A stretch of 64,000 bases of DNA, from IMG/VR virus record IMGVR_UViG_3300045988_161046, positions 32,001 through 96,000 of that record. One strand, given 5' to 3'. The notes beneath the pieces are model-generated. The model was not told where the DNA came from, searched no databases, and saw only the letters and a list, made by a program, of their open reading frames with translations. This DNA is from a virus. Positions 61,785-64,000 of this stretch are shown in pieces. Positions within the stretch are counted from its first letter, which is position 1, and each line of letters opens with the position of its first letter. The position numbers and the translations under genes are program-made.

Positions 61785-62573
61785 TCATAGCCACTGCACT
61801 TCGTCGATGCGGTTAGGCTTGTCACGACTATCTTTATATTGCATATCCACACAGGAATAGCTCTTGAAGAAGCAATGCTCCGTGCGGAACCATCTGCCGA
61901 TGATTCGGCGCAATACGTCTTTCTCTTCCTCGCTGACTTCTATACCGTAGCGCATTAAATAACGCTCCAGCATGGCGTTATGGGAACGGGCGATAACCCT
62001 TCCTTTGGAGGTACAGAAGTCGAAGGTGGAGAGTGCCCATTCTACCAGACTGCGCTTGAAATCATTGTTCAATGAGACCGCCAGGGCCCGCATGCCGTTC
62101 GTATCGAGTGTAAAGGTAGGCTTTACCGGATAAACAGTATCGACAACTTCTACCTCGCTCGGCAAGCGGATGCAGAGATAATCATCGTGTGAACCCTTGC
62201 CATCGGTAAGGCGGCCATTGAGCTGCTGAACTTCCTGGAAGGTGAGCCAGCTTCCGACATCACGGCGCATCATTACCTTGCCTCCGGCAGGATGCCTACC
62301 CGTGAGCATATTGCACCATTGCTGCTGCGAGAAACAGCCGAGGTCAATACGGTTGCTTTTCGCAGGGGCGCTAATAAGCGAATTGCGCATGATGAACTGC
62401 TCGTGTGAGTAGTTGCTGAACACCACCGGCTCATCCTTTGCCAGGGTGAACTTAGGGTCGCGGTGCCGGAAAAACTGGCAGCGGGATGTGGGGAGACGGA
62501 GATAGATATTTGGCACCTTTTCTAATTTATAATTTATAGTTGATAGGGCAGGCTTGCTAAAAGAACCTAGCAA
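61785..62573 (-). CDS. hypothetical protein (start uncertain; the ORF N-terminus runs into repeat copy 10)
   Basis: 262-aa ORF; alternative Met at 62390. Confidence 0.45.
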   Translation of the reverse strand: MLGSFSKPALSTINYKLEKVPNIYLRLPTSRCQFFRHRDPKFTLAKDEPVVFSNYSHEQFIMRNSLISAPAKSNRIDLGCFSQQQWCNMLTGRHPAGGKVMMRRDVGSWLTFQEVQQLNGRLTDGKGSHDDYLCIRLPSEVEVVDTVYPVKPTFTLDTNGMRALAVSLNNDFKRSLVEWALSTFDFCTSKGRVIARSHNAMLERYLMRYGIEVSEEEKDVLRRIIGRWFRTEHCFFKSYSCVDMQYKDSRDKPNRIDEVQWL

Positions 62574-62596
62574 TGGAATTGCTGGGAACGGGGGCT
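62566..62596 (+). repeat. GAACGG-hairpin repeat copy 10
   Basis: CCTAGCAAT-GGA-ATTGCTGGG: one compensated pair and one T.G pair; flanked by TATAGTTGATAG / CTATCAACTAT arms. Confidence 0.85.
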
Positions 62597-62640
62597 AGAT
62601 AGCGCTAGCCTTCTATCAACTATTAATTGTTAACTGTTAA

Positions 62641-63615
62641 CTATTTCATTGCGATGCCTTTCTCCATGGCGTAATGGAGCATGATGGCATCGGTGATGTA
62701 GAGAAAATATTTCTGCATGCTGTTGCCTTCCTTCGGGCGTGGTACCAGCTTATCAAGCTTGGCAGTCTGGTCCTCGCTGAGATTAGCGATGAGTTTCATG
62801 CCGTCGATATAGCAGCCGCCGGATTCCGTCTTGGCGATGAAACTTTCGTTGAACTTCTTGTCTTCTCCGAAGAAGAGGTTGATGGCTTCCACCATCTGAT
62901 CCTGTGTGAAACCGGGAAGGGTAGGATGCAGCTTGCGGTACTTCTGCGAATAGGTCTTCATACGCTTATCCATATAGATATTGATGCTGTCGGCATACTC
63001 ATAGTAGAGGGCGTAATCTTTCGATTTCTCGTCTTTCTTACGGGCAAAATCGAAGAAACCGCTCAACTGACGGAGGCTTGCCATCACGCCGTCAAACTGC
63101 TGAAACTCACTGGCACCTTTGAAGATTTCCAGCATATCGCCCTTCACCTGGGTAAGCAGGTTTTCGAGCATTTCAGAGAGGAACGTTATCTTATCGAGAT
63201 TGGTATTCAGCTGGTCTACCTTCGCCTGTATGCCCGGACGGCTGTAGTCTACGTAGTAACGTATCAGATGGCCGAAGTTAAGGAAGTCGTAAGTTACCTC
63301 ACTATGCAGATTTACCTGTACTAGCAGGTCATAGATGGAATTTGCCAGTTTGCTATCCTTATCCTGGATAGCCTTAATGAGTGATAACATCTGAGGCGAA
63401 CCCTGCGGTATGCGGTTGGCAGCACGTACCAGTTCGTTTCGGTTGCGCACGGCATCGGCAAACTTCGGATCTGCGAAGAGCGTCTCCAGGGTTTTAACGT
63501 ATACATCAGCAGGCACATCCTTGAAGTTGAAGGTGTAGATGGTAGGGAGGTTTCTTATTTGCGCCTCACGCTTGGCCATCGCCTGCTGCTGGTGTTTCTT
63601 GTTTTTTGTTCCCAT
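62641..63615 (-). CDS. hypothetical protein
   Basis: 324-aa ORF. Confidence 0.5.
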   Translation of the reverse strand: MGTKNKKHQQQAMAKREAQIRNLPTIYTFNFKDVPADVYVKTLETLFADPKFADAVRNRNELVRAANRIPQGSPQMLSLIKAIQDKDSKLANSIYDLLVQVNLHSEVTYDFLNFGHLIRYYVDYSRPGIQAKVDQLNTNLDKITFLSEMLENLLTQVKGDMLEIFKGASEFQQFDGVMASLRQLSGFFDFARKKDEKSKDYALYYEYADSINIYMDKRMKTYSQKYRKLHPTLPGFTQDQMVEAINLFFGEDKKFNESFIAKTESGGCYIDGMKLIANLSEDQTAKLDKLVPRPKEGNSMQKYFLYITDAIMLHYAMEKGIAMK

Positions 63616-63641
63616 TGCTTTTTACTTTTTTTGCTTACGGA

Positions 63642-63670
63642 CCAGCGATAGAATCGCTGGGAACGGAAGC
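63642..63670 (+). repeat. GAACGG-hairpin repeat copy 11
   Basis: Consensus hairpin at 63642-63660. Confidence 0.9.
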
Positions 63671-63717
63671 TCTATTTATCATAATGAGCGTTAGAGATAT
63701 TGAGGAGAGGGGAGCGG

Positions 63718-64000
63718 TTATCGCTCATCGCCTTCACCGGCTATCACATGACGCTCCTTGCGGGAGGCAAGCTTTGCCAGGTTCTCCTCGGCTACTTCTT
63801 CGAGGCTTACACCCATCACATGGGCGAGTCCTGCGGTCTGCCAGAGAATATCTCCGATTTCGGAAAGCATCAGCTTGCGCTCTTCCTCGGTTACATTCCA
63901 GATTTGGGTGTGGCAGATTTTGCCATCCTCGTCACGCTCGGTGGTGGTGATATGAAGCTTGCCTTTGCGCATGTGCTTGCCAGCCTTGCTTGCAAATTCT
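63718..64000 (-). CDS. mazG: MazG-like nucleotide pyrophosphohydrolase (5' end beyond the window)
   Basis: 'EIGDILWQTAGLAHVMGVSLEEVAEENLAKLASRKER' MazG helix pattern; the frame stays open to the window edge. Confidence 0.55.
   Translation of the reverse strand, partial: EFASKAGKHMRKGKLHITTTERDEDGKICHTQIWNVTEEERKLMLSEIGDILWQTAGLAHVMGVSLEEVAEENLAKLASRKERHVIAGEGDER

Noticed and set aside
1-64000. Stop-codon reassignment (TAG or TGA recoding), as seen in some gut phages
   Set aside because: ORFs of 1227, 934, 687, 605 and 584 aa are uninterrupted under the standard code. Only the MTase locus is broken, and there by a mixture of TAA, TAG and TGA.
1-64000. tRNA genes, integrase with attP, and transposase
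   Set aside because: A visual scan found no T-arm/acceptor-like tRNA signatures and no ORF with recombinase or transposase motifs. The absence applies only to this window.

Overview
This 64-kb window looks like part of a tailed-phage-like mobile genome, transcribed almost entirely on the minus strand.

**Layout, from high to low coordinates:**
- Head genes: an S49 protease-scaffold and a major capsid candidate.
- A GH108 endolysin.
- A fragmented cytosine-C5 methyltransferase locus.
- A portal-like gene.
- A long tail, baseplate and fibre array. It contains an acyl-carrier-protein plus ketosynthase pair and a complete diversity-generating retroelement (DGR).
- A small bidirectional switch region, with a CI-like HTH repressor and a lipoprotein on the plus strand.
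- About 25 small early genes.
- A replication and maintenance block: a clamp-like protein, ParA, an RHH protein, a Rep with iterons, a DEDDh exonuclease and a primase-helicase.

I saw no integrase, tRNA, rRNA or CRISPR array.

**Host (inference only):** TTTG-N20-TAnnTTTG promoter boxes, lipoprotein signals, A-rich leaders and host-style palindromic intergenic elements suggest a Bacteroidota host (Prevotella- or Bacteroides-like).

**Strongest observations:**
1. A canonical DGR. The TR and VR differ at 18 positions, and every one is an adenine on the coding strand of the TR. No Avd gene is present.
2. A FabF-type ketosynthase plus ACP embedded in the virion module.
3. A C5-methyltransferase locus that is circularly permuted or split. 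It is followed by a string of TRD mini-ORFs joined by a conserved stop/start junction, and it holds every G7-G8 homopolymer tract I noticed when scanning the window by eye.
4. A 12-copy hairpin repeat in a single orientation with compensatory stem changes. Three copies sit in frame inside ORFs.
5. Plasmid-type Rep, iterons and ParA, which suggest a phage-plasmid lifestyle.
6. Two promoter classes, with N20 and N25 spacing.

All functional calls come from motifs read by eye and remembered family signatures. No searches were run.
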